From Geosiphon pyriformis uo1 (taxonomy: Eukaryota > Fungi > Glomeromycota), in contig JAAOMT010000697.1 in assembly GCA_016748015.1 (NCBI GenBank), positions 194,868-258,867 of the forward strand: a stretch of DNA of 64,000 nt, written 5' to 3'. Position numbers and translations under genes: made by a program. Positions 10,266-21,680 of this stretch are shown one piece after another. The notes beneath the pieces were generated by a model. That model saw only the letters and a program-made list of their open reading frames with translations, was not told the origin of the DNA and made no database searches. How positions within the stretch are numbered: position 1 is the stretch's first letter; each line of letters starts with the position of its first letter.

Positions 10266-11406
10266 TGTTACTGGAGGTTTTTGGTCTCTTTTTTTAAATG
10301 TTATTGATGCTTGTTTGCTGTAAATTCACGTTTTCTGGATGTGGTTGAACCTCCAGTAACTGAATTTATCTTCAAATTATCTCCTATAATTTGAACTGCT
10401 GGGCTTATAAATGGAATGGCCAATTCCATGCCAGTTGCTTTATGTAGTTATGTTGTAGTAAATGTCAACTCTTTCCCAGGAAATGCTCATCTGGAAGCTC
10501 ACTAAAAAATGTGTAGTTACTTTGCTGTGAAAGTCAACTCTTTTACAGGAATCTCGTCTATAAGCTACCCTAATGATTATAGTAAGAAAATAAAAATAAA
10601 ATAAAAAAAAATGTAAAAAAAATAGAATTCTGTCAAGGAAGACATTTTCAATCCAGGCCTGAAGTCATTAACAGTTTATTGAAATTAGTAGCTAATCAAT
10701 TTCAAAACGTTAGTTGAGTTTTGAGAATTTTCCAAGTGCAATAATTAAAGAGTTTTTGGTTTTTCAAATTATTTTATATTTATTTCTTTTTGTGTGTATA
10801 GGAGTGGTTCTAAGTAATAAATCTAAAGTAAGATATATTTTCTTGAAGAAAGAAGCTCTTCTTTTATACAACTTGTCATAACACTATTCTATGAACTTGA
10901 ACTTTGCTATTTTCTACAATTTTGCTGAACTAAAGATACATTTTGGCAAACTACAAGTTATTTCTGCGAACTATTAAATATTTCAGTGAACTATCAATTA
11001 TTTCGGTGAATTTCTACAAATTTTGGCAAACTTTTGAATGTTACATAGTTCAGGGTATTACATGATCTGTCTCTTATACACATCTAACTAAAGATACATT
11101 TTGGCAAACTACAAGTTATTTTTGCGAACTATTAGATATTTCAGTGAACTATCAATTATTTCGGTGAATTTCTACAAATTTTGGCAAACTTTTGAATGTT
11201 ACATAGTTCGGGGTATTGCATGATTGATCATTGCAATTAGGTTACATTTGTGTTGTGTACAATTTGGGTTATTAATTAAATGATAATTTCAGACATTTTT
11301 GCTAATGTAATAAGTGATAATTTGAAACAATAATATATGCTAATTAATGATAGAAATTATAAGATAATTTTATGCTAAATAATATCTCTAATTTTGTCTG
11401 GTAACA
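10266..11406 (-). repeat. LTR, family A (copy 2), with artefactual internal duplication
   Basis: Reverse complement of 104-1113. 10928-11066 is duplicated at 11086-11224 on the other side of an adapter. Confidence 0.88.
11067..11085 (+). other. Nextera/Tn5 mosaic-end adapter sequence (library contamination)
   Basis: Exact 19-mer CTGTCTCTTATACACATCT. Confidence 0.97.
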
Positions 11407-14400
11407 CCAGAGTTAATGAATATTTTGATACTGATCATAGGGCTGTTACTGTTTCTGTGAGCCTGAGTGGTCTTTTGAATGTTAATTTGATGTCTCTTTG
11501 CAAATAGACAAATAAAGATTGTTGGAAGTTCAATTTTAAGGATGCTATGGCTGCCAAATGGGCTGCATTCGAGGAATTTTCTGCTGCCACTGCAGCAATA
11601 TTGAAGTATGAATTTGATGCTACTCTATTGTTCTTGGATTTGAATGCTATGTGGGACATTGTCCGCAAAATTGTGTGCTTATCAGCAAATAATGTTTTCA
11701 AAAAAAAATGGTTTAAGTGTTATGATAATGTGTTTACTAAGGAATCTTCTAAGTTTCACAAGTTAGAACTTTTGGTGTCTAAGCTTGTTAAAGCATCACG
11801 TTTGGTTTCTTCTGAGAAATTTGTTGCATTACTGAGTATGTGGAACTTGTTGAATGCTATAAATGCTTCTGTGGTGGAGTCTCTTTTTTTTTTGGGTTGC
11901 ATTTTGAGGTCATAAGATCTGTCTTGTTCAGAGTCAGGAAGTTGTATTGTTCCTCTAAATTGTCCGAGTTGAAGTGTGCTGAAGAATCTCATATTAGGTC
12001 AGTAGTTAGTAGGAGGATGGAAAGTTTTGAGGTGGATAAAGATTATACAATTAGAAGTGTGTTAGAGTGCTCCTTTCACAAGGTGGTATTGGATCACTTG
12101 GTTGCCAATAATGAGCTGGTTTTGGAACCTAATCTAGTTAAATCTAAGGTGGATGTTATTATGGAAGGCTGGACCAGGAAATGTGTGTTGGTCACTGATG
12201 TCTTTGCTGATTGGTGTCACCAGTACCAACCCTTGGTGTACATTTTTGATGATGTATTTTCGAGAATAATGGACCCTATTAGTTCTGTTGAGTTGCTTGG
12301 TGTTGTATCAGACTTGCCTAATGATAAGGTTGCTGGTTTGTCTGGTATTTCAAACAAGCTTTGGAGGCATTGTGACGGATCAGTTTTGAATATGTTGTTG
12401 GTGCTCTTAAACTCTTGTTTGCTCCATGAGTCAATTCCTGGTCCTTGGAAGGAAGCCTAAGTGTCTATGATTCCCAAACCTTATGAATGGAAGAGAGTTC
12501 TTACGAACACCTGACCCATTGCTTTGATTGAGACCGCTCGTAAGATTCTTTCAAAAATCTTCTCGAACAGAATTTCTTTGGCATGCAGTACTCACAATGT
12601 TCTCCACAGGAACAATTTTTCTGTTTTAAAGGGTATAACAACACAGTCTTCTATCTTTGCTGTTGGCTTTGTGGTTGAGGATGCTCTAAAGAAGAACCAT
12701 GAGCTTTGGTTGGTATTGCAGGACATAAAGAAGGTCTATAATTCTATTGGCTGGGAGCATTTAAAAAAAAGTCTGATTAGGATTAAAATGTGTGGCAGGT
12801 TAATTCGATTTTTTGGTGGCATTCACAATAACCGAGTCAACAGAGTAATGACTAACTTTGGCTTGACTGATGGTTATCAAGTTCATAATAATCTCGATCA
12901 AGGAGAAGTGTTCTCACCTTTTCTCTGACATATATTTTATGACTCTCTTTTGTGTGAAGTCAAGAGGCAAGAAGAATTTTGTAGATATAGGTTGAATTCT
13001 CATTTTGTTGCTAAGACTAGCCATGTTGAGCCTCAAGCTGGTTTTTTCTTTTTTTTTGCTGCTAGTGCTTTCGTGGACAATATAATTTGGGTCAGCAGCA
13101 GTCAAACTGCAACACAACACATTCTCAATGTTGCTAGTGAATTTTTTAGAATTAATGATATTTTAATAAACAATAATAAAACAGTGGCTATTCCCATTAA
13201 CTGTAGGGTTGTGAGTCCCTTTCTGACAATCAGTGGTGCACCTATTTCTATTGCCAAGAAAGGAGAATCTTACTGGTATTTGGGCATCTTTCTGTTTACG
13301 GGTGGTTTGTCAAAGCCCAGTTTGGCCAAGGTGCATTCGGATGTCTGGTTTTTCACCAATCTCATCCTGAAGAAGACCATATCTGATAAGCAGTTCTCAT
13401 ATTTAGTTTCAGCAGTTCTTCACCCCATCATCAATTATAGAACACAGTTTAGTTTTGTTCCACTTAGTATTTGCTGTAAATGGGATGCTTTGATTTATAG
13501 AGGCTTCAAATCCAAAGCAGGTCTTCCTTCAGACTTCCCCAATGATGCTCTTCATTACCCCTCCCTTTACGGCTTAAAACCTTTTGAACAGATTCAGGCT
13601 GAGAGTAAATTGGCATCTGTAGTGTGTTTTGCCAATGCTGTTGGAATTCTGGGTTGTTTGTTTTTCCATAGGTCTTATAATTTACAGACTCTGAGCTGGT
13701 GTCCTGTGCACCCTTTTGTTTCTCTGGCTCATTTAAAATTAAATCCCTTAAACAATTTTCTGGCAGGTGTGATTTGTATTTTTGCCAATTGCAGTTTATC
13801 TTTTAATAGTCTCAGCCCTAGTGCATTCCAATTCTCCCGTGGTACTCCCATGTCTTTGGTTCTTAGAGAGGTAAGGTTTTCTAAGTGTCTCTCCTCACTT
13901 CAGTGATATGAAATTGCCTTTGTGGAACAATTGCATTATTGCAATGGTCTTGTTTTTGATTGGAAGACTTTCAAGCATTGAAAAAGGCTGGACCCACGTG
14001 GCTTTATTTCTGATTGGTTTAGTGTTTCTGTTGGTTATCTTGGTAGTATGGAGTCATCTTCTTCTGTTCATGACTGTTCGGTAGGCATTTCTTTTGCTCC
14101 TAATGTCTTGGAATCCTCTGATTTTGATTTGGTTTGTAATTGTTTGTTGGAATTGGGTGCTGATAGTCTTTCAGTTTATACTGATGGATCCTTGGCTGGT
14201 TTGGGTACTCTCAGTGTTAAATCAGGTGTGGCAGTTTTCTTTGATGATATTAATATGGGTTTGGGTGTTAAGATTTCGGGTTTGTTGTTATCTACTTTGG
14301 CAGAATTGCAAGCTATTGCACTCGCTCTCAAGTGTGTTCCTGTGGTTAGCAAAGTTTTCTTATTTTTGGATAGTCAGGCTGCATTGGACGCCTGCAGATT

Positions 14401-15591
14401 GGAATTGGGTTTGGCACATCCGGATTTTCGGAATAGTTGTTGGGTGGAGCATTATTATATTGCTAATCTTGTTTGTGCTAAAAGGTTGGATGTCAGCTGG
14501 TGTAAGGTTAAAGGACATTCTGGTGTTATAGGTAATGTCCAGGCTGATGAAATGGCTGGCCATGCGGCTCTTTCTGATTTTGTTCTTTCCTTCCGGCTGG
14601 ATGAGTGGTTTATCCTGGCTAGTGGTTGTTCTGTTTTGGGTAATTTTAGGCATTTTGTACGTGACATTTATTGGTCCATTCACCGTTTGCATTGGGGTTT
14701 TGGTTCAGGTACCAAAGTTGTCGCTGGCAATTTGCTCAGTAATATCAATTGGCACAGGTCTTCTTCTGTTTGGCATCCTGATTCACATATGGCTGCTGGC
14801 TTCACTAGTAAATGGACTGCTAGTTTGCACACATATTTTATGAAAGCTTTGCATTATAGACTGCCTGTGGCCATTTATAAATGCCTTTATGATAAGAGGT
14901 ACCCTAGTGTGGTTTGTTTGCATTGTGGATGTGTAGAGGTCTCGGACCATGTCTTTTCCTGTGATTCTGACTTTGCTAGTCATGATTGGCTGCTTGGTGA
15001 TTTTGTGGTTAAATGAGAAGATATTTCTGGCCTTCGTTGCCCTTTTTCTCACATGCTGCAAACTTTTTCTTCATGCAATTTTGACACCTCAGTCCGTGTT
15101 GCTCTGTGCAAGGGCTTTGTTTTTAATGATTGGTTTTTTGAGGCGGTTTCTGTTTTTGGTGATCTGAAACTTGCTGGTGCAAAAATTGTGGACTTTGTCT
15201 GTGATTTTTGCCTAGCTTTTAGAGATGAGATTTGGTTGGTCTGTGTTAAACATTGTGCCTTTATGGAGAAACATGGATTAATTCCTCAAGACAGTTCTAT
15301 GCCAGTTTCTATTTCTGGTCTGTCTTCCCTGTATTTGGCTGAAGTTGTTAGGTTGTTGGATATTGACGATGCATTGGGTATTAGGTTTGGTTTGCATAAA
15401 TTTAGTTTGTTCGTTTCTGGTGCTTTAAATGCGGTTTCCGTTTATATAAGTGCATAGTGTTGTTCTGATTGGCCTGAGTGGCTAGTCACATGTAGAAAGT
15501 GCATGATTCACACCTAATTTAGATCAATTATTTGATGTATAGCATTAGATAGTGTTTGGACTTCACTCAATAAACGTAAAAAAAAAAAAAA
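11407..15591 (+). mobile_element. Non-LTR retrotransposon 'LINE-A' (L1-like ORF2: end of APE endonuclease, RT, RNase H, Cys motif; 3' tail and poly(A)), degenerate
   Basis: FDTDHRAV (endonuclease end), IPKPYEW..PIALIETARK, LQDIKK.YNS, DQGEVFSP, AFVDN, VYTDGS..AELQAI..DSQAA..KVKGHSG..GN..AD, CLHCGCVEVSDHVFSC. Stop at 15457, poly(A) 15578-15591. Confidence 0.92.
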
Positions 15592-16150
15592 TTACACATG
15601 ATAATTTTGTGTCTTTAGAAGTTTATGGTTTTTTGATTTTGCTTTCTAATAGTGTTATTAAGTTGCTTAAGATTGTGAAGATACATGATATTAGTTTTAA
15701 TTTTTATAAGTTTTATAGATTTTTTTGATATTAGTTGTATAATTTCTGTTAAAATATATTTATAGTATTGTTTTGATTGGCTTAAATGACTGATTACATA
15801 TAAAAAGTACATAATTTGCACCCAATTTAGATTATTTAGTATAATGTATTATGTTAGATAACATTTAAATCTTATTCATAAAATAATAATAATAAAATTT
15901 TTTTTTTACAATTTATATAATTATTATATATAATTAATTATTTAAATTAATTAAAACTGTATTATATATTTACAATAATTAAAACATTTTTTTAAACCAA
16001 AAAAACATTTTTTTTAAAACCAAAATTAATTATATAATTTTTAATAATATTAAATAATTAAATTATTTTTTAAAATTAGTTTTAATTTAATATTAAACAA
16101 TTAAATTCTTGTTTTATGTTTAATTATAATATTATAGTAATAAAAAAAAA

Positions 16151-18442
16151 ACTCTTTGTCTCCTTAATTTTATGACCACGACCAGAGCAAAGAGTAAAAA
16201 AGCTGTATCTAATATCTGTCCTGAGATATCTAATAAAATTTCAACCAAAAGAGCTCTCTCTGTTGTAGAAGCAACTAAGCAAAACATTTTAGAAGCCTTC
16301 TCTTTATCCAGTAATCGTGATAAGCTGTCTTTGATAGCCACTGAAGCAATTTCTTCATCTTTGGCTGGTTTCTCACTAGTCAAAGTTCCCTCAAAGAAAC
16401 ACACTTGGGTTAGTTCCAGTGTTGCCTTCATTTCAACCAAGAGCCCAAAAGTTTTTAATAATAGACCAGTAAATAAGCTGGTTTTCCCCTCCATAGATTC
16501 AACACTTGGTGCTACTAGTACCACCTCTTCAAAAAAAATGGTCAAAAAAACCAAAAGTTCAGAAAAGTGGGGGCAGTTGCTTGCCTCTGCTATTGTTACA
16601 CCGAACTTCTTTGTGGTTTCCAATGAGATCTTAGATGAGATCTCCATAGCATCATCTGGCATATCATCTAAGATAGGCCAAGATTAACCACTGGCTGTGT
16701 TGCCAAATATGGTGTCTTCCAGTAGATCATTGCTGGTTTTAGAAGCAAAACAATCTCCTTCTGTTGAGTTACCTGTTCTTGGAAACTGGGCTGATCAAAT
16801 AGAAACTGATTTATCTCCTTCTCTAGTTTCTGGTGCTTCTTCTGATAGTGCTTGGGAAACTATTACTAGTCGTCAAAGGTTTACTGGGTGGGTGGTCTCC
16901 ACTCTGGTGCTTAATGCTACTTTTAAGATCAAATTGGCTCATGTTAAGGCTGTTTTTCAGTCTGTACATGGTTTCTTAGGTGCTAAATCTGTTTCTAAAG
17001 ACAATATGAAGCTTTTTTGTGTGGAGTTTGCTTCTCAACAGTCTTTAGAAGCTGCATTTCTGGTTGAGCTTACAAGCTCTGTTCATTTGGCCACTCTCAA
17101 AATTGCCAAGTCTTTGGTAGTTTCTGAATCTGGTTCCTTTCCTGTCACTGTTGTGCTGCGTGATATATCTTTGGGTGTGTTAGCTGCTAATATTAAGATG
17201 ATTCTTGTGTATTTGGTGAAGTTGCCTGTGTTGTGCTAAAGTCTACTGGTGTTTGGCAGTACGTGGTTGTTTATTTTAAGAAATTGGATGCTGCTATTGC
17301 TGCTTTCAATCATTGGTTAATTTTGGTGGGCAAAAATAGTGTTAGGATCCTTTCAGTTATTAATTAGAATAAGGCTATTCTGTCTTGTGATAGGTTTAAG
17401 GCCAAGTTGGTCAATCTTTCTTCTGGCTGCACAGTTTTTGAAATTAGTGATATAATTTCTCGAATTGATGGGTAAACATGCTTCATCCCTCAATCTCCTG
17501 ATTCTGGTTGTTACTCTCAGTTTGCCCTAGTCACATTTGGCTCTCAAACTAATCTGGATCTTGCTGTTATAAGGACTGGTAAACTGAGAAAGAGCTGTAT
17601 TTGGTGGGAAACTCCTGGTTTTCAGTGCTGTTTTAGGTGTCAAGAAGTGGGTCATTTGGCTGTGGACTGTAAAGTTGCTCTGCTACCTTTATTTAAGACT
17701 CCTAAGGTGTTCAAACCATATTTTGTTGGTTCTTTGTCTTATGCTAAGGCATCTGTTCCCCCTGTTATGTCTGAATTTTTTCTTTGGTGGCTTTCATCTC
17801 TCCTGTGACTGTTGTTGATCCTGCTGTTGGGTCTAAATTGGACTCTTTGGAAAAGCAAATTTCGGATTTGGCTGCTTTGGTAAAGTCTATTGTTGAGCCT
17901 GTTGGCTCTTTGGTTGTCTTAGTATCTTATCTTCTTGATGATAATACTGTTAAGACTGTTCAGTTAGAGAAAGATCTCTTTTCTATAAAATATGCTTATA
18001 ACAATTTTGCCAATCTTTTGGTTGGTGTGTCTAAGGACATTGCTTGTCTTAAATCTAAAGTTGACTTTGGTGACATAGATTATAATGATATACAGGCCAC
18101 CAAACCTTCTCTCTTGAGTGAGGACACTGTTGAGCATGTTATAGCTTTGTGGCGGATGTTGGGTGCTAAGATTAGAAGTAGTGTTGAATCTACTAAGTTA
18201 TTTCTTAGTAAGTTTATTTTTGATTCTAGGAATCTGAATGGTGTTATTGAAAGAATTTGTGAGTTGGGGTTATTCCCACTTTCTATTGTTTCAATATAGT
18301 GTGTTCTTGATTGGTCCAAGTAACTAGTCATGTGTAGAAAGTGCATAATTAACATCTAGTTTAGATTATTTTTTTGATATATAGTTCTAGATTGTTTTTA
18401 GACTGCACTCGTTAAGCAAATAAAAAATAATAATAATAATAA
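16151..18442 (+). mobile_element. ORF1-only non-autonomous LINE-like element (HAL1-like), degenerate
   Basis: ~700-codon ORF1 (16172-18299, with stops and frameshifts) carrying RRM-like segments, CFRCQEVGHLAVDC knuckle (17629-17670) and a coiled coil. The stop codon is followed directly by the LINE 3' tail and (AAT)n. No EN or RT. Confidence 0.8.
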
Positions 18443-19121
18443 CATGTTTTTAGTTTATATTTTTTAGTACTAAATAGTATTTTATTATACTTACAAATTA
18501 AAAATAATTATTTTGTGTTAATTTAATATAAAAATTAAAATATTACATTAATAATAATTTTTAATAAATATAAAATTAGATTAATTTTAATTAATAACTT
18601 TAATAAATTTTGGTTTAATAATCTAATTTGTTATTTTGGTAATAATAATAATAATTTTGGTTTAATTTTTATTTGTTATTAATAATAAAATCACACTTGT
18701 TAAAATTATTGTTTTAAATATAATAAGAACAGAAAAAAATTTTTTTAAATAATTAATAATAATCATAATAATAATTGTAAATTCAAAATTTATTTTAAGA
18801 TTTACAATAGTTTGTTATAATTTTTATATTATATTATAATTCACAAATAATTATATATGCACAACTTTTCTTTTTAATTTTTAGTATTTTATTTACTTTT
18901 ATTAATTTAAACATTATTATTGTTACTTTTTCTATTTTTGGTATTTAACAATTTGATATGATGTGTATAAATAATATAAATAATATAATATTTATAAATG
19001 CCCTGATTAGATGATTAGTCAGCGATTTTGCTAATCATGGCGTCACCAGCGAATTTTTTGTATTTTATCAAGTTTCTTCCTCACAATTTCTTTCTTACCT
19101 TCTTCAATAGTTCTTTTAATT

Positions 19122-20232
19122 ATGGCCGACACTCTTATTGATTCCTCGCTTAAGCTAAAAATTCTACGAGTTGCTAATGTTGTCTCTTTACTCATTGCTA
19201 TTGGGGCAAATGTAGCTGCCCTTTTCGCACACCCCAATATGGTGGATATTAGTAATTCCCACCCAACTTACTTCACTCCACCTAACCTTTTCGTTGGAAT
19301 ATTTTGGCTTTTATTGCTTCCTTTGTTGTTGGGTTTCGTTTTTTATGTTCAGTTTATTGACTCAAATATTGTCCAAGCCCTGGTATCCCAGACAATTAGC
19401 TGGTATTTTGTCGTCAGCAACCTTTTCTTTGCAGGTTGGGCTTGGTTTTGGGTAGGTTATTTCCGCTTAAATCATTACCAAACTTAAGCTATAATGTCAT
19501 TTCAAATAACTCACTATTTCAGAAAAATAATTACAATTTATTATAACGATCCGATTACTTATGAAAGCTTCGCGAGGAATTTGTGATCAGTGCAATCCTG
19601 ATATTCTTCAATACGGTTGTGCTCTTCATAGTTCACCAAAAAATGATAACCTACTTCCCACCAACGGCAATTCCTGTGGCCCATGCTACAAAAATTATTG
19701 CTTTTATACACACTCCATTTTCCATGTATTCTGCCTTTGCTTTATTAGACTTGTCTCACAGTTTATTTATTGCTTTCACCAATCTCGACGAGGTGTACAA
19801 GGTTGTTGCATGTGTTGTTGTCTGGTTACTGGCCATTTTAGGGATAGGGTGGACAACAGTGGGACTATGGAGTGGTGGAAAAAGAGATGGGGTCTTCGGG
19901 GCTACAATTGCTTGGTGAGGCAATTGAAAACCATTTTTTGCCTTAATTGTCTATATGTTGATAACACCGAAATCAAATTCTTTAGGATTTTAATCGGCAT
20001 TGCCATTCAACAGCGAGAAGTTGTATTCCTCTCTGTTCAATCCATAGTTCTTGCCATTGCCCAGGTAATTTTTTATTGTTTTCTTTTTCGCGATATAATC
20101 ATTCAATTGGTTTAACGGCTTTATATTTTTAAGATTTTTGCTATCATTTTTGTCTGGATACGATTCGGGGGTGGTTACACGGCACGCTTAGAAGCCGGGC
20201 AAAGGCAACCTTTGTTGCGTGACGAACACTAA
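19122..20232 (+). CDS. Multi-pass membrane protein, DUF1774-like (4 exons)
   Basis: ISNSHPTYFTPP..GIFW..YFVVSNLF..W..FW; GT-AG introns join the frames; ends GQRQPLLRDEH*. Confidence 0.7.
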
Positions 20233-20546
20233 GCAATGGAAAGAGATGAAAATAAAAATACTCTTTGAGTGGATTGGTTGGGGAGTCTTTCATGATAATT
20301 GAATTTCTATTCCTATATTGCTAAACAATAATGAAATTTTCTGTTATTCCAAGTATCTTTTAATTTTTCCTATTAAGTGGCATTCAATTTTGGAATAACT
20401 GGACCAAGGGATTGAAAGACATTTGGTTCGAAATTCAACTTCCAAAGCAAAATTTCTTGAAAAAAAGAATCGTTCATTTCTTTGAAGAAAAAAAAACTAG
20501 CAATTAAAGATAGAAGGAGCAGAAAAACTGGATGAATCTATTTTAG

Positions 20547-21552
20547 TCAACTTACGCATTTTGTCGAAACTAGAGTTTGATATTCTAATTTCAGCCGTGC
20601 AAAGTTTTGAGAGATATTTTCCAATAAAACTGCAAGTCACCAAACACACTTTGAATTTAAAATTCACATTACGGAAATAATGAAGGGAAAAATCGAACTT
20701 ACCTTCTTTGCTACAATCATATAACATCAAAAAAATACCTTCCTTCCCTCTATCATCATCCTTTGGAATCACAATAATGGGAAATTTAGCCCACCATGAA
20801 AATGAGTCAGCTCCGCTATACTGAGAGAAAGAATGTTCAAAGACACAACTATAGAGTGACTGCAATGCAATTCGACGTTGCGCCCAATTTAATGCCGAAG
20901 AGAAAAAGAGTAAATGATTGGAGCGGGCAAATTTATTAAGCGTTGAATCATTTAAAAGAAGTTTATAATTTATTGGGTTTTTATGGTCAATTAAGTTTAG
21001 GTTTTGAGGAATAGTGCTACGAAGCTCTTCCGCAAATATTTGGCTAATGCTTTTTTGAGAGGGTGGGTGAGGCGCTGCTGTGAGGTCACCGCCCTTAGGT
21101 CCAGTTTTGAGCTCTGTAGAGATTCTAACTATGGACTCTTCTGCTAACAATTCATGGTTTACATCAACCTTAATCCCAATTCGAGAACACATAGTCATAA
21201 ATTCTCGTAGAATATGCCAACGTGAGAGTATCCCTCTTGTGTCAGAGAATTCCACGGCAGATGAATGTAAATTCCACTCTAAAAGCTTCAATCCTTCTGA
21301 ATTATTATCTCGATAATAGAATTTCAATTGGGCGCTAGCATCCGTCACAGGTTTTGGACTAGCAAGTGATCCATGTTTAAAATCTGAGAGAGGCTTCACT
21401 AACTGATTCAAAGTCTGCAAAGAGGTTGCGTTCACTTGCTTTTCAAAAGGATAGTTGTGAAAAAAGTCTGGATGGACTCGAATGATAAATTGTTTAAAAT
21501 AATATTTTACTAGAACATGGGTTGGATTACTAGTTTTTATAAAAGAGGACAT
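20547..21552 (-). CDS. DUF4460 / TCAIM-like protein (2 exons)
   Basis: N-terminal YFKQFIIRVHPDFFHNYPFEKQVNATSLQTLN. Intron ~20631-20702. Confidence 0.7.
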
Positions 21553-21680
21553 GACAAAAAGCAGAATAAATATCGCGATTATCTATTCCCGTCTCAATTT
21601 AAAAAGGAAATTGGTTCAGCCAATAGTGGGGCACAGAAAAATAATAAATACCTGAGGCAACATCTTTTTTTCACAAAAAG

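Larger units (their letters stand above)
7946..11406 (-). mobile_element. Degenerate Ty3/Gypsy 'Gypsy-2' (5'LTR family A, PBS, gag, protease interrupted by Gypsy-1)
   Basis: LTR 10266-11406, PBS remnant TGGTGCTC (10256-10263), gag MTTYIAKISEFNGED..QFIAGL..CHYCGISGHWKRDC, protease HLILNSGSAGS..IPVKVLVM cut at 7946. Confidence 0.88.

Noticed and set aside
10928-11224. Tandem duplication inside the LTR as a biological enhancer duplication
   Set aside because: The two copies are separated exactly by a Nextera adapter, and the duplication is absent from the other LTR copies.
1114-11410. CTGG flanks both the 3' side of LTR copy 1 and, in element orientation, the 5' side of LTR copy 2, like a TSD of one inverted element or a large TIR transposon
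   Set aside because: Only 4 bp, and the flanks continue into different hosts (Gypsy-1 RNase H vs LINE-A). PPT and PBS positions fit two independent insertions.
15469-15486. TGGCCTGAGTGGCTAG resembles a tRNA A-box, suggesting a tRNA or SINE
   Set aside because: No B-box or cloverleaf; it is part of the LINE 3' tail stem.
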